Assembly (NCBI GenBank): GCA_022703585.1
Contig: JAKLDJ010000002.1
Location: 219,413-283,412, forward strand
DNA length: 64,000 nt
From: Candidatus Omnitrophota bacterium
GTDB lineage: Bacteria; Omnitrophota; Gorgyraeia; Zapsychrales; JAKLDJ01
Direction: 5' to 3'
Shown here piece after piece: positions 1 to 11,300 of this stretch. How positions within the stretch are numbered: position 1 is the first letter of the stretch; each line of letters starts with the position of its first letter. Under the pieces are notes generated by a model. That model had not been told where the DNA came from and ran no database searches. It worked only from the letters and a program-made list of their open reading frames with translations. The position numbers were made by a program, and so were the translations under genes.

Positions 1-1250
1 GCATTACGAAAACGCATCTTTTTACCGCCCTTGGCAAAGACGCTCTTTTCAAATGCCGGGAAGACACCCTTTTGTTTGGCCAGCTCCAGCGATTTTACTT
101 TGGCCTCGGTTAAAATAAAAGACATGACCCTTCCGGCCAATTCCAACGCCTCCTCGGTATCATAAGGAATGCCCAGCCGACACAAAAGCGAAGACCAACC
201 CATAACACCAAGACCGATTTTTCTGGTCAATTTGGTTTGCTTCTCAATGGCTTTTACGGGATGATTGTTGGCATCGATAACATTATCTAGAAAATGAACG
301 GCCGCTCGGGTGACGGCCTGCAGCCTATCCCAATCGATTGTGTAGCCACTCTCACTTTTGACCGCCATTCTAAGAAGATTGATAGAACCTAAATTGCAGC
401 TTTCATAAGGAAGCAAAACTTGTTCGCCGCAAGGGTTGGTGGCCTCATAAAGCCCCAGGGCCGTCGTAGGATTACACTGATTCATCTTATCAATAAAAAT
501 AAGTCCGGGCTCGCCGTTACGGTGAGCACTTTTAACGATCAAATCAAAAACTTCCTTGCTATTCGCGCGCTTAATAACTTTCTTTGTATGTGGAGAGATC
601 AGGTCATAATCTTCGCCCTTTTGAAGAGCACGCCAGAAATCGTCGGTAATCGCAATCGAGATGTTAAAGTTGCTGATCTCTTTATCTTTTTCTTTGCACG
701 TAACGAATTCCATAACATCAGGATGATCGACCCGCAAAATACCCATGTTGGCGCCGCGCCGAGTGCCCCCTTGTTTGACTGCCTGAGTCGCGCCGTCAAA
801 AACTTTCATAAAAGAAATCGGGCCCGAGGCAATGCCGCCGGTCGCCTGTACCAAACTATTTTTTTCACGAAGCCGCGAAAAAGAAAAACCCGTCCCGCCG
901 CCGGATTTATGAATAATAGCGGTTGCTTTCAGTGTTTCAAAAATGGATTCCATGGAATCTTCGATCGGCAAGACAAAGCAGGCGCTCAATTGGCCTAGGG
1001 GACGGCCGGCATTCATGAGCGTGGGCGAGTTGGGCATAAATTCCATCTCGGTCATGATGCGGTAAAAGGCCTCTTCGGTTTTCTTAACCTCGGTTTCATC
1101 AAAATTGTAACTTCGATCAACCGCAGCAATGGTCTTAGCAACGCGGCGGAACATCTCCTCTGGCGTCTCAACTACCTTGCCGTTTTCGTCCTTCTTCAGG
1201 TACCTTTTTTCGAGTACCTTTAACGCATTTTCAGAAATCTTTAGAGCCAT
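1..1250 (-). CDS. nrdJ: Class II (adenosylcobalamin-dependent) ribonucleotide reductase. The N-terminal ~416 codons are present; the 3' end runs off the window edge.
   Basis: Hand translation of the reverse complement from the ATG at 1248-1250 gives MALKISENALKVLEKRYL...LSACFVLPIEDSMESIFETLK...KSGGGTGFSFSRLR. This matches the class II RNR active-site region. A GGAGG RBS lies 8 nt upstream. The ORF track misses the gene because it is truncated at position 1. Confidence 0.85.
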   Translation of the reverse strand, partial: MALKISENALKVLEKRYLKKDENGKVVETPEEMFRRVAKTIAAVDRSYNFDETEVKKTEEAFYRIMTEMEFMPNSPTLMNAGRPLGQLSACFVLPIEDSMESIFETLKATAIIHKSGGGTGFSFSRLREKNSLVQATGGIASGPISFMKVFDGATQAVKQGGTRRGANMGILRVDHPDVMEFVTCKEKDKEISNFNISIAITDDFWRALQKGEDYDLISPHTKKVIKRANSKEVFDLIVKSAHRNGEPGLIFIDKMNQCNPTTALGLYEATNPCGEQVLLPYESCNLGSINLLRMAVKSESGYTIDWDRLQAVTRAAVHFLDNVIDANNHPVKAIEKQTKLTRKIGLGVMGWSSLLCRLGIPYDTEEALELAGRVMSFILTEAKVKSLELAKQKGVFPAFEKSVFAKGGKKMRFRN

Positions 1251-1279
1251 TATTTTTTCCTCCCCTATTTTCTGGGCTC

Positions 1280-1308
1280 ATTCTAATACCACAGGTAGTG
1301 CTTGTCAA
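1280..1308 (-). promoter_or_regulatory. Sigma70-type promoter for nrdJ (TTGACA, 17 nt spacer, TAGAAT on the minus strand).
   Basis: The reverse complement reads ttgacaagcactacctgtggtattagaat, with the -10 about 30 nt upstream of the nrdJ ATG. Confidence 0.55.
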
Positions 1309-1316
1309 TAGAATAA

Positions 1317-1332
1317 AATACAATATGTTGTG
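1317..1332. promoter_or_regulatory. NrdR-box-like near-palindrome (tacaatatgttgtg) abutting the nrdJ -35 element.
   Basis: The sequence resembles the ACACAATATATTGTGT NrdR operator consensus. Only one clear box was seen. Confidence 0.3.
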
Positions 1333-1466
1333 ATAAGCAGGATTTGCCGGTTTTTTCGTTTTTTCCGTCGATTGGTTACTCGAAGAAAACATCTTGCGGA
1401 TTACCCAGACTGGCCTGAAGTATATTAAAAACACTTTTAAAGGGCAAAAGTGATTAAAAATGAAAC

Positions 1467-2283
1467 CTACGCGCTCGCCTTTTTTCTAAAATCACCATGG
1501 CGCCGGATTGTATCGCGCTCGTTAAACGGCACCACCTCTTCCTTTTGCGGAAAATCCAGGTTTTCCTTTACATCATAGACAGAAATAACCGGTAGACGTG
1601 AAAAATAAATCTTTAACGACTCCAATTCTTTTTTAGGAAGCGGCTTGACCCCGCACGGCCTTAGCGCGGTATTAAGCTGCACCTCATCCGGATTAATTTC
1701 CCGTACTAAGCGTGCTATCTCACCGGCGTATTTCTTATTTTCTTCGACAAACATAATCTGCAAGGCCAATTTTCCGTTGTAATTTGATTTAAAATCGGCA
1801 ATTCCTTCTAAAATAGTTTTTAATTGCGTCCCCCGGACCGGCCGGTTAATCTTTCTAAAATCTTCTTCAGCGTAAGCATCGATTTTTGCCAAAACAAAAT
1901 CAGCCAACGCCAAGTCCTTCTGCACATCCCGGCGATAGATCAAGGCAGAGTTTGTGATCACGGCAATTTTTTCTTTACGGATCTTGCGGATACCTTTAAT
2001 CATCTCGCCTAAGTTCTTGGCTAGCGTGGGTTCGCCGTTTCCAGAAAATGTCAGATAGTCAATGCGCACTTTCGGTAATGCTTTTATCTCTTTGATGATT
2101 TCCTGAGTGGGGACGAAAATCTTTCTGATCCGGATTAATTTCCTGGTCGGGCCCAGCTGGCAATAAACACAGTTAAAATTGCACACCTTCTGCGCCGTCG
2201 AAATAGGGTCAATTCCTAAAGAATAACCCAGCCGCCAAGAATAGACGGGACCGTAAAGATATTCAAAATTGTTCTTAGCCATT
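1467..2283 (-). CDS. Radical SAM protein of unassigned subfamily. The ORF extends to 2363; the likely start is the ATG at 2283, giving MAKNNFEYLYGPV.
   Basis: It carries a CNFNCVYCQ (CxxxCxxC) motif and an N-terminal YGPVYSWRLGYSLGID segment. An AAGGAA RBS precedes the internal ATG. Confidence 0.75.
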
Positions 2284-2405
2284 TTAGTTTCCTTTATAAA
2301 ATTTTTAATTATCCCCCGTCTGTTTTGTCCCTGTCGTTTCGCGAGAAAGCCAGGACAAAACAAGCGCGGGGGTTGGCCACCTTTTGCCTTGCAATAAAAG
2401 GCGTC

Positions 2406-3467
2406 CTAACAAATCCGCGGCAATTGTTCACCCGTTAACATATCAACGATGCGATTTGCGCCGATTTTGCTTTTCATAGTAACAATAAAAGGAAATTCTT
2501 TTCTCACCTTGCCGATGATACTGGCATCCGTGCCCAGCGAATCCTTCTTTATAATCTTAAGCGCCCGCGCAGCATCTTTTTCTTTAACAAAGGCTACAAA
2601 GCGTCCTTCGTTAGCGACATATAACGGATCAAGCCCTAAGATTTCACACGCGCCCTGGACATCGCCGCGCACAGGAATCATATTTTCGTCAAGCTCAATA
2701 GAAACCTTGCCTTGCAGGGCAATTTCGTTTAAGGCACTCGCCAGCCCCCCGCGGGTTAAATCCCGCAGGCAGTGAATTTCAACTCCTGCCGATAAAAGCT
2801 TGCCGACTAAATGCGCTAAGGGAGCGCAATCGCTTTTAATGGTCGTTTCAAATTCCAACCCTTCGCGCACCGCCATAATCGCAATGCCGTGACGGCCGAT
2901 GTCGCCGCTTAGAATGATGCAATCACCTGGCCTGACTGATCGAGGCGACACCTTTTGGCGGTGCTCAATAATACCAACCCCGGAGGTATTAATAAAAATG
3001 CCGTCGCCCTTGCCCTTATCAACAACCTTGGTGTCCCCGGTCACAATTTGGACACCTGCCTTTTTAGCGGCACGCCCCATCGATTGCACCACCCGCCAGA
3101 GCATTTCCATCCCTAAACCTTCTTCCAAGATAAATCCGGCGCTTAAATAAAGCGGCCTGGCTCCGGACATCGCCAAATCATTAACCGTTCCGTAAACTGC
3201 CAAAGAACCAATGTCGCCCCCGGGAAAAAACAGCGGCCGCACCACGTAAGAGTCAGTGGTCATGGCAATTTTTTTCCGGCTTAAATCAAGAACGGCGGAG
3301 TCATGGCCCTCCATAAGAAAAGGGTTTTTAAACACCACCGCAAACATATTCGCAATCAAATCATGCATCAGCTTTCCGCCGCCGCCGTGTGCCATAAGGA
3401 TATTAGGATACCGGGTTATCGGTACGGGGCAGGAAAGCGAAAAATCTTTCGGGCTCTTGGCGCTCAT
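2406..3467 (-). CDS. hypE: [NiFe]-hydrogenase maturation protein HypE (AIR-synthase-like carbamoyl dehydratase).
   Basis: The 353-aa ORF has an AIR synthase-related fold signature and the diagnostic C-terminal PRIC. It overlaps hypD by 4 nt. Confidence 0.9.
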   Translation of the reverse strand: MSAKSPKDFSLSCPVPITRYPNILMAHGGGGKLMHDLIANMFAVVFKNPFLMEGHDSAVLDLSRKKIAMTTDSYVVRPLFFPGGDIGSLAVYGTVNDLAMSGARPLYLSAGFILEEGLGMEMLWRVVQSMGRAAKKAGVQIVTGDTKVVDKGKGDGIFINTSGVGIIEHRQKVSPRSVRPGDCIILSGDIGRHGIAIMAVREGLEFETTIKSDCAPLAHLVGKLLSAGVEIHCLRDLTRGGLASALNEIALQGKVSIELDENMIPVRGDVQGACEILGLDPLYVANEGRFVAFVKEKDAARALKIIKKDSLGTDASIIGKVRKEFPFIVTMKSKIGANRIVDMLTGEQLPRIC

Positions 3468-4591
3468 CTCTTTGTTGAATTTTTTCTGCTTTTTGTTTTA
3501 TTGACCTTCAAACCGCGGTAGCGGTAGTAAGCAGCACAAGCACCCTCTGATGATACCATTGTAGCACCAAGAGGATGTTCGGGTGTGCATTTTTTACCGA
3601 AGGCCGCACATTCGTAAGGTTTCTTGACGCCCTGTAAGATCAAACCGCTGATGCATTCAGGGGACTCTTGCGTTTTAATATCCCCCAGGGCAAAACGCCT
3701 TTCGGCATCAAACAGACGGTAGGGCTCGCGTAAACCTAAGCCGCTTTTCACAATCTCCCCGATGCCGCGCCACTTACGCGGGACAATTTCGAAGATTTCT
3801 TTAATCAGTTTCTGGGCCTGGCTGTTTCCCTCCTCCTTGACCGAGCGTGTATATTGATTTTCAACAACCCAGCGCCCTTCCTCGAGTTGCTTAATGCACA
3901 TAAGAATTCCCTGCAGAATATCCAGCGGCTCAAAACCCGTGACCACAACCGGCACACGGTATTTCTGTGCGATCGGATAATATTCGGTAGTGCCCATGAC
4001 CGTGCAGACATGCCCGGCCGCCAAAAATCCCTGCACGCGGTTATTTGGTGAAGAAAGAATTGCCTCCATAGCCGGCGGTACCAAGACATGCGAGACCAGA
4101 ATTGAGAAATTCTTGACACCTTCCTTGTGCGCTTGATAAACCGCCATGGCATTAGCCGGAGCTGTGGTTTCAAAGCCAACGGCAAAAAAGACAACCTGTT
4201 TTGCAGGATTGTCCTTAGCGATCTTTAAAGCATCCAAAGGCGAATAGACAATGCGAACATCTCCGCCAGAGGCCTTAACTGACAAAAGGTCTTTTTTGCT
4301 TCCCGGAACACGCAACATATCTCCGAAAGAACAGAAAATAGCCTCAGATCGTGAAGCAATTTCAATAGCTTTGTCAATAAGCTCCAGGGAAGTCACGCAA
4401 ACAGGGCATCCCGGCCCGTGCACCAACGTAATATCTTCAGGCAAAAGCTCATCAATGCCGAATTTGACAATCGCGTGCGTCTGGCCCCCGCAGATTTCCA
4501 TAATAGTCCACGGCCTTGTAATGATCCGGCGGATTTCCCGGCTCAAGCCTTCAGCTGCCTCTTTAGCGCGGTATTCGTCAAGATATTTCAT
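3464..4591 (-). CDS. hypD: Hydrogenase maturation protein HypD.
   Basis: The 375-aa ORF starts [11 protein letters not shown] and contains the GPGCPVCV and CGG/CPVC motifs typical of HypD. Confidence 0.9.
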   Translation of the reverse strand: MKYLDEYRAKEAAEGLSREIRRIITRPWTIMEICGGQTHAIVKFGIDELLPEDITLVHGPGCPVCVTSLELIDKAIEIASRSEAIFCSFGDMLRVPGSKKDLLSVKASGGDVRIVYSPLDALKIAKDNPAKQVVFFAVGFETTAPANAMAVYQAHKEGVKNFSILVSHVLVPPAMEAILSSPNNRVQGFLAAGHVCTVMGTTEYYPIAQKYRVPVVVTGFEPLDILQGILMCIKQLEEGRWVVENQYTRSVKEEGNSQAQKLIKEIFEIVPRKWRGIGEIVKSGLGLREPYRLFDAERRFALGDIKTQESPECISGLILQGVKKPYECAAFGKKCTPEHPLGATMVSSEGACAAYYRYRGLKVNKTKSRKNSTKR

Positions 4592-4601
4592 AATGAATAG
4601 C

Positions 4602-4880
4602 CTAGGTTTTACCCTTGCGATTTTCCCTGGCCTGCTTGATATCGAGCTCTTTAAGCTCTTCCATTTCTTCCAAATACTTAAATACCTGCTTAGCTTCCTT
4701 TTCGTCTACCTTGCTTATAGCAAAGCCCACATGGACCATAACATAGTCACCGACTCTTATCTCTGGCACGTAGGCTAAAGACACTTCCTTAATAATGCCG
4801 TTAAATTCGACCTTGCCTTTACGGGAAAAGAGTTCACCGCCGGTCATGCTGATTACTTTTCCGGGAACAGCTAAGCACAT
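4602..4880 (-). CDS. hypC: Hydrogenase assembly chaperone HypC/HupF.
   Basis: The 92-aa protein begins MCLAVPGKV, the conserved HypC N-terminal Cys motif. Confidence 0.9.
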   Translation of the reverse strand: MCLAVPGKVISMTGGELFSRKGKVEFNGIIKEVSLAYVPEIRVGDYVMVHVGFAISKVDEKEAKQVFKYLEEMEELKELDIKQARENRKGKT

Positions 4881-4884
4881 AGAC

Positions 4885-7221
4885 TTAACCTTTCAACTTA
4901 AATGAAGCCACAACCGCTTGGCCCAAGGAAATTCCCCCGTCATTTGGTGGTATCCTATTGTGCCAGAATACCTTTAGTCCCTCTTGTTTCATTCTGAAAA
5001 TAGCCTTTTCGGTCAAATATTTATTCTGAAAACAGCCTCCGCTAAGGCAAATACGGGCAGCCTTTGTCCTTTTCGCCATGCCAACAATTACTTCAGCCAG
5101 TGTATTGTGAAACTTTGCTGATATCTCCCCTGCCGGAAGCCCGCTTTTAAGGTCGCTCAGGACCTCTTTAACTATCGGCTCCCAGTCAACAACCAGGATT
5201 CCATCAAGATTTTTGTCGTTCTTGGAAACACAAAAGATATTGAAATTATAGCACTTATCAACATTCTTGCCCTCTAAAACATATTCCAATGCCATCGCAG
5301 CCTGGCCCTCAAAACTGGTTTTGTGATACAGGCCAACGATAGAGCTTACAGCGTCAAACAAACGGCCGACACTGGAAGTCACCGGTGTGTTTAAATCTTT
5401 AAGTATCATTTTGGCAATAGTCTCAAGTTCTTTCTGGGAGAAAGCTCGAACGCAAAGCAGCTCTTTCATCTCAAAAACTTTCTCGCCGAAGATCTCAAAA
5501 AGAACACCCAGAGCCGCTCGCCGCGGTTCTTTAATCGCTGCTTCATTCCCGGGCAACTTAAATGTTCGAAAGTATCCGACCCTTTTAAAGTCAGACAGCG
5601 TGGACATTAGGAACTCCCCGCCCCAAATTGTCCCATCTAATCCAAACCCGGTTCCGTCCCAGGCAACGCCCAGGACTTCATCGGCAATCCCGTTCTCACT
5701 CATGCACGAAACAATATGGGCATGGTGATGCTGTACGGCTATTGTCGAGGCTTTCTGGCCCTTAGTGTATTTGCTTGAAAGATATTCCGGATGCATGTCA
5801 CAAGCAATACCCTTGATGCGGGCATCATAAAGCGCAGGAAGGTCTTTAACGGATTGTCCAAACGCCAACAACGACTGTTTTGTCTCCAAGTCTCCTAAAT
5901 GTTGGCTGACAACAACGCTATCACCCAGGCTTAAGGCTACGGTATTTTTTAAATGCGCGCCCGCGGCTAAAATACCCGAGGCAGAATTCGAAACAGAAAC
6001 CGGCGCAGGCGCAAACCCGCGGGCGCGCCGCAAAACCATCATTCTCCCCGCCGTCAACCGCACCACCGAATCGTCCATATGTCGCGCAATCGGGCGATTA
6101 TGCACTAAAAATAAATCAGCAATACCTTTAAGCCTTTTAAGAGCTTCTTTTTCGTCAATACAGATCGGTTCATCAGAAAGATTGCCGCTGGTAGCGACAA
6201 CCGGAAAATTTAATTTTCTCATCAGCATATGATGAAGCGGCGTGTAGGCAAGCATCGCTCCAAGATAAGGATTTTCGGGCGCTACCGAAGGCGCCAGGCC
6301 CGGTTTTTGCCTAGAAACCTTGTTCAAAAGAACTATTGGCGCTTCGGACGAATTTAAGAACTCCCCCTCTTGAGGAGTAACGTGACAATGCTCCCTGATC
6401 ACTCGAAGACTTGGAAATAATAATGCTAAAGGTTTTTCTTCGCGATGTTTCCGCTGGCGCAGCCGCACGATTGCCTGATTATTACGAGCATCCACTAAAA
6501 GTTGAAAACCGCCCAAACCTTTAAGAGCAACAATCTTTCCCGCGCGGAGAGCCGCAACGGTTTTTACAAACGCCTCATGGTACGCAGCAACCCTTTTCCC
6601 TTCCCTGTTCCATAACTCAAGATGGGGCCCGCAGTCAGGGCAAGCATTAGGCTGGGCATGAAAACGGCGGCTTGACGGGTCTTTATATTCCGCCAGGCAG
6701 CGTTTGCACATTTTAAATTCTTTCATAGTGGTATTTGCCCGGTCATAGGGAATCGCTGTAATAATAGAAAATCGCGGACCACAATTGGTGCAGTTCGTAA
6801 ACGGGTAGGAATAACGGCGATTACCGGGGTCAATAATCTCATTAAGGCAATCCGGACAAGTGGCAATATCGGGTAAAATAGCCGTCGTCTTTGTCTTTAA
6901 GTCTTCACTTTCGCGGATCGTGAAATCTTTATAGTAGACAGGATTTAAAAAAGAAGTTTCGACATCCTGGATAGAGGCGTGAGCAGGTTTTTCTTTTTTA
7001 AGGCGGCTTAAGAAATCAGCCAGAGTTTCTTTCTTCCCCTCTACCTCGATGATAACGCCTTGAGCGGAATTGCTGACCCATCCTTTTAAGCCCAGGTCAT
7101 GCGCCAACCGGTAAACAAAAGGGCGAAAGCCAACCCCCTGCACTGCGCCGCGGATTAAAATGAGCAGGCGAGAAGTCTTTTCTTTTGAGGAAGAAGAAGC
7201 TGACGAAGAATATCCGGACAT
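4885..7221 (-). CDS. hypF: Carbamoyltransferase HypF (acylphosphatase, zinc-finger, YrdC and Kae1-like domains).
   Basis: The 778-aa ORF has an N-terminal acylphosphatase motif (VQGVGFRPFVYRLA), two CxxC..CxxC zinc fingers and a C-terminal Kae1/YgjD-like domain. Confidence 0.9.
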   Translation of the reverse strand: MSGYSSSASSSSKEKTSRLLILIRGAVQGVGFRPFVYRLAHDLGLKGWVSNSAQGVIIEVEGKKETLADFLSRLKKEKPAHASIQDVETSFLNPVYYKDFTIRESEDLKTKTTAILPDIATCPDCLNEIIDPGNRRYSYPFTNCTNCGPRFSIITAIPYDRANTTMKEFKMCKRCLAEYKDPSSRRFHAQPNACPDCGPHLELWNREGKRVAAYHEAFVKTVAALRAGKIVALKGLGGFQLLVDARNNQAIVRLRQRKHREEKPLALLFPSLRVIREHCHVTPQEGEFLNSSEAPIVLLNKVSRQKPGLAPSVAPENPYLGAMLAYTPLHHMLMRKLNFPVVATSGNLSDEPICIDEKEALKRLKGIADLFLVHNRPIARHMDDSVVRLTAGRMMVLRRARGFAPAPVSVSNSASGILAAGAHLKNTVALSLGDSVVVSQHLGDLETKQSLLAFGQSVKDLPALYDARIKGIACDMHPEYLSSKYTKGQKASTIAVQHHHAHIVSCMSENGIADEVLGVAWDGTGFGLDGTIWGGEFLMSTLSDFKRVGYFRTFKLPGNEAAIKEPRRAALGVLFEIFGEKVFEMKELLCVRAFSQKELETIAKMILKDLNTPVTSSVGRLFDAVSSIVGLYHKTSFEGQAAMALEYVLEGKNVDKCYNFNIFCVSKNDKNLDGILVVDWEPIVKEVLSDLKSGLPAGEISAKFHNTLAEVIVGMAKRTKAARICLSGGCFQNKYLTEKAIFRMKQEGLKVFWHNRIPPNDGGISLGQAVVASFKLKG

Positions 7222-7307
7222 GGCGATTTACTTCTTAGCGCTTCGGATTGATAGATTGCGACGGTATCTTTCCGGCGGGATTAAACTTTATTGAATTTTA
7301 TTAAACC

Positions 7308-8306
7308 TTATAAGATCTTCCCAAAACTCTGTAAAGCCTTCATATAATTGGCACGCTCAAAGGCCTCGGGATTCTCGCAAGATTTCTGGCTTATGCTCCC
7401 TTTCATCTGCTTGACCGATTCGTATTCGTTTTCTTGCATCCAGAGTTCCATGCCTTTAAGAATCTCGCCCGCGTGCCCGATACCGTTTTTCAAGAGCGTC
7501 GCACACAGCATCGTCGCATCAGCGCCGGCCATGAGCATCTTTAAAACATCCTCAGAGGTATGAATACCGCTGGTGGCGGCCAGGCTTGCCTTGACTTCTC
7601 CGTAGAGAATAGCAATCCAGCGCAAAGGTAGACGCATCTTGTTTGAAGTGCTTAAAAACAGATTCGGCACAACTGACAATGTTTCTAGGTCAATATCCGG
7701 CTGATAAAAACGGTTGAACAAAACCAAACCGTCCGCCCCGGCCGCATCCAGGCGCTTGGCCATGTTGGCTAACGCGCTAAAAAAAGGACTTATCTTAACC
7801 GCCACGGGTATCGTGACATTGGCCTTGACCGAACGAAGGATATCCAGATAACTCTGCTCAATCTTCTCTCCGGAAACATCGGGATCGGTAGCAACAAAAT
7901 AAATATTTAACTCTAGGGCGTCAGCCCCAGCCTCCTGGATGCGCTTGGCGTATTTAACCCACCCGCCGCCGGAGTGGCCGTTAAGACTGCCGATAACAGG
8001 GATTTTAACAGCCTTCTTGGCTTTCTCGATATGATTCAGATATTCCTCGGGACCTAAAATAAAATCCGAAGGCTCGGGAAAGTAGGTCAATGACTCGGCA
8101 AAACTTTCCGTTCCGTGAGTCATATGATGGTCTAATTCGTAAACCTCGCGGGTAATCTGTTCTTCGAAGAGAGAATGATGGACGACAGCCGCGATACCGG
8201 CATCTTCCATGCGCTTGATATTATCAATATTCTCCGAGAGCGGCGATGCCGAAGCCACGAGCGGATTTTTTAATTTCAACCCCATATAATTCGTCGAAAG
8301 ATCCAT
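7308..8306 (-). CDS. Dihydroorotate dehydrogenase family flavoprotein (class-1 DHOD/PreA-like TIM barrel, without a ferredoxin domain). The ORF extends to 8408; the start is more likely the internal ATG at 8306.
   Basis: Motifs [15 protein letters not shown] and PVIGSLNG are typical of the class-1 DHOD/dihydropyrimidine dehydrogenase fold. It sits immediately downstream of PFOR. Confidence 0.7.
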   Translation of the reverse strand: MDLSTNYMGLKLKNPLVASASPLSENIDNIKRMEDAGIAAVVHHSLFEEQITREVYELDHHMTHGTESFAESLTYFPEPSDFILGPEEYLNHIEKAKKAVKIPVIGSLNGHSGGGWVKYAKRIQEAGADALELNIYFVATDPDVSGEKIEQSYLDILRSVKANVTIPVAVKISPFFSALANMAKRLDAAGADGLVLFNRFYQPDIDLETLSVVPNLFLSTSNKMRLPLRWIAILYGEVKASLAATSGIHTSEDVLKMLMAGADATMLCATLLKNGIGHAGEILKGMELWMQENEYESVKQMKGSISQKSCENPEAFERANYMKALQSFGKIL

Positions 8307-8323
8307 CAGGCACCTGTCTTGTA

Positions 8324-11300
8324 TTAGGTTTTTTGTTCCGTAGCCGGATTTGCTGCCGGTGTTGCCCCTGCTCCGGGCATGGCCGCTAGTCCAGAGTAAA
8401 TCCGCCAACGCTCGTTAACGTCTTTCTGGGCTAATTCCAGCAAGCGTTTGGCCTCCTCGGGCTTACTCTTGGTCAACATCTTAAAACGGTTTTCGGTATA
8501 AATATAATCCGCTAAAGGCATTTTGGGCTCGGAAGAATCAAGCTGAAGAGGATTTTTTCCCTCACGGGCTAACATCGGATTATAGCGAAACAGCGGCCAA
8601 TAGCCTGACTGGACCGCGGCCTTTTGATTTTGCATCCCTGTGGTCATATTAATACCGTGAGCGATACAATGTGAATAGGCAATAATCAACGATGGCCCCT
8701 CGTATGCCTCGGCCTCGAGAAAAGAGCGAAGCGTATGTTCGTCCCTGGCACCCATGGCCACGGCAGCAACATAAACATGGCCATAGGTCATGGCGATACG
8801 GGCCAAATCTTTCTTGGGTAACGGCTTTCCGCCTGCGGCAAATTTAGCCACCGCGGAGCGCGAGGTGGATTTAGACATCTGCCCGCCGGTATTGGAATAA
8901 ACCTCCGTATCCAAAACCAGGATATTGACGTTGCGGTCAGAAGCAATAACATGATCCAGGCCGCCAAAACCGATGTCATAGGCCCAGCCGTCACCACCGA
9001 TAATCCAAACACTCTTTTTAACCAGCATATCGGCAACGCTTAAAAGCATTTTGGCGTCCGCCGATTTAATGTCTTTCAACTTTTCCTTAAGAATTTTAAC
9101 ACGCTCTCTTTGCTCAAAGATCCCGGCCTCGGTTTTCTGGTCCGCGCTTAAGAGGGCGCTGACGAGCTCGCCACCCAGCTGAGATTCCATTTTCTTGAGT
9201 AACTCACCGGCAAACTCTTTTTGCTTGTCGATCGACAGCCGGAAACCAAAACCAAACTCCGCGCAGTCTTCAAATAGAGAATTCGACCACGCCGGCCCAC
9301 GGCCTTCGCAGTTTTTGGTGTACGGCGTCGTCGGCAAATTCCCGCCGTAAATCGAAGAACAGCCCGTAGCGTTCGCGACAACCGCGCGGTCGCCGAAAAG
9401 CTGGCTCATGAGTTTTAAGTACGGTGTTTCCCCGCAACCGGCGCAGGCCCCGGAAAATTCAAAAAGCGGCCTTAAAACCTGCATCTGCCGAATGGCGCCC
9501 GCCTTGACAAGATTTCGGTCCAAATCGGGAATATTGAAAAAGAATTTCCAGTTCTTCGATTCCTCTTCGCGTAAAGGCGGCTGTGGCCGCATGTTGATAG
9601 CTTTTAGTTTTGTGTCGGATTTATTCTTCGCAGGACAGGTATCAACGCACAACGCGCAACCGGTACAGTCTTCCGGTGAAACCTGAATAGTAAACTTCTT
9701 TCCCGCCCATTCCTTATCTTTGGCATCGACGGATTTAAACGTCGCAGGCGCTCCGGTCAAATACTTCGGGTCATACGCCTTGCCCCGGATAACCGCATGC
9801 GGACAGACTAAGCTACATTTGCCGCACTGGATACAAACCTTTTCGTCCCAAACCGGTATCTCGAGAGCGATATTACGCTTTTCCCATTGAGCGGTACCCG
9901 TCGGAAACGTCCCATCGGCCGGCATGCTTGAGACAGCCAGATCATCCCCGCGGCCGGCAATGATCTCGCCGGTAACCTTCTGGACAAACTCCGGCGCTTC
10001 TTTAACCACCGGCGGCTTTAACTCGATAGTGCTTGTGACCTTGGCCGGGACTTTGACCTCATGAAGATTAGCCAGGGTCTGGTCAACGGCATTAAAATTC
10101 ATTTTGACAATTTCGTCGCCTTTCTTACCGTAGGTTTTCTTAATCGACTTCTTTATCGCCTCGATAGCCTCATCTTTGGGCAGAATTCCGGAAATGGCAA
10201 AAAAACAGGTTTGCATAATCGTATTCATCCTGCCGCCCATGCCGGTATCTTTAGCGACTTTGTAACCGTCAATAACAAAAAATTTGAGCTTCTTTTTGAT
10301 GATCTGTTCTTGAGCAACGCGGGGCAATTTGTCCCAAACTTCATCTGCTCCAAAGGGGCTATTCAAAAGAAAAGTGCCTTTTTCGACAATGTCTTTTAAG
10401 ATGTCGTACTTCTCAAGAAAAACAAACAAGTGACATCCGATAAAGTTCGCCCGGTTGATCAGATACGTTGAGTTGATCGGCTTTGGCCCGAAACGCAAAT
10501 GCGAAACCGTGATCGAGCCGGACTTCTTCGAATCATAAACAAAGTACCCTTGTGCATAATTGGGGGTATCCTCACCGATGATCTTGATGGAGTTTTTATT
10601 AGCGCTCACCGTTCCGTCCGAGCCCAACCCGTAAAAAAGGCAGCGGACAACATCATCGGGTTCCGTGCTAAAACCGGGATCATAATCAAGGCTGGTGTGG
10701 CTTACGTCGTCATTGATACCGACGGTAAAATGATTCTTTGGTTTGGCCTTAGCCATTTCATCATACACGCCCTTGACCATCGCCGGAGTAAACTCTTTCG
10801 AGGAAAGTCCGTAACGACCGCCAATCACTTTAGGTAATTTCTTAAATCCGCCGGCCTCGCCCCCTTCAACCAGGGCATTAACAACATCCAAATAGAGCGG
10901 CTCGCCAATGCTACCGGGCTCTTTAGTGCGGTCTAAAACGGCAAGTGTCTTAACCGTCTTGGGCAAAGCGGCAATAAAATGTTTAATAGAAAAAGGCCGG
11001 TAGAGCCGCACCTTAAGCAGGCCGACCTTTTGATTCTTCTTGATCAGATAGTCAACCGTTTCCTGAGCGGCTCCGGCACCCGAACCCATCATTACAATCA
11101 CAGACTCGGCATCCGGGGCTCCGTAGTAATCAAATAACTTGTACGCGCGCCCGGTTAAGCCGGCAAACTTATCCATGGCCTTTTGGACGATCTCGGGACA
11201 GGCATCATAATAAGGATTGATCGTTTCGCGTGCCTGGAAATAAACATCAGGATTTTGTGCCGTACCGCGCATGACGGGGCGATCCGGAGTTAGGGCGCGA

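Noticed and set aside
420-998. 192-aa plus-strand ORF overlapping the nrdJ region.
   Set aside because: It is antisense to a strongly supported NrdJ coding frame (ACFVLPIEDSME motif), and its low-complexity Arg/Lys-rich translation has no recognisable domain.
1251-1466. Possible cobalamin riboswitch upstream of B12-dependent nrdJ.
   Set aside because: The promoter -10 lies only about 30 nt from the start codon, leaving no room for a roughly 200-nt aptamer. No B12-box-like sequence was seen.
4251-4778. 175-aa plus-strand ORF across the hypD/hypC junction.
   Set aside because: It is antisense to two well-supported hyp genes.
8307-8408. N-terminal 34-aa extension of the DHOD-like ORF.
   Set aside because: It would overlap the PFOR 3' end by 85 nt. 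The internal ATG at 8306 ([15 protein letters not shown]) aligns with the usual DHOD N-terminus.
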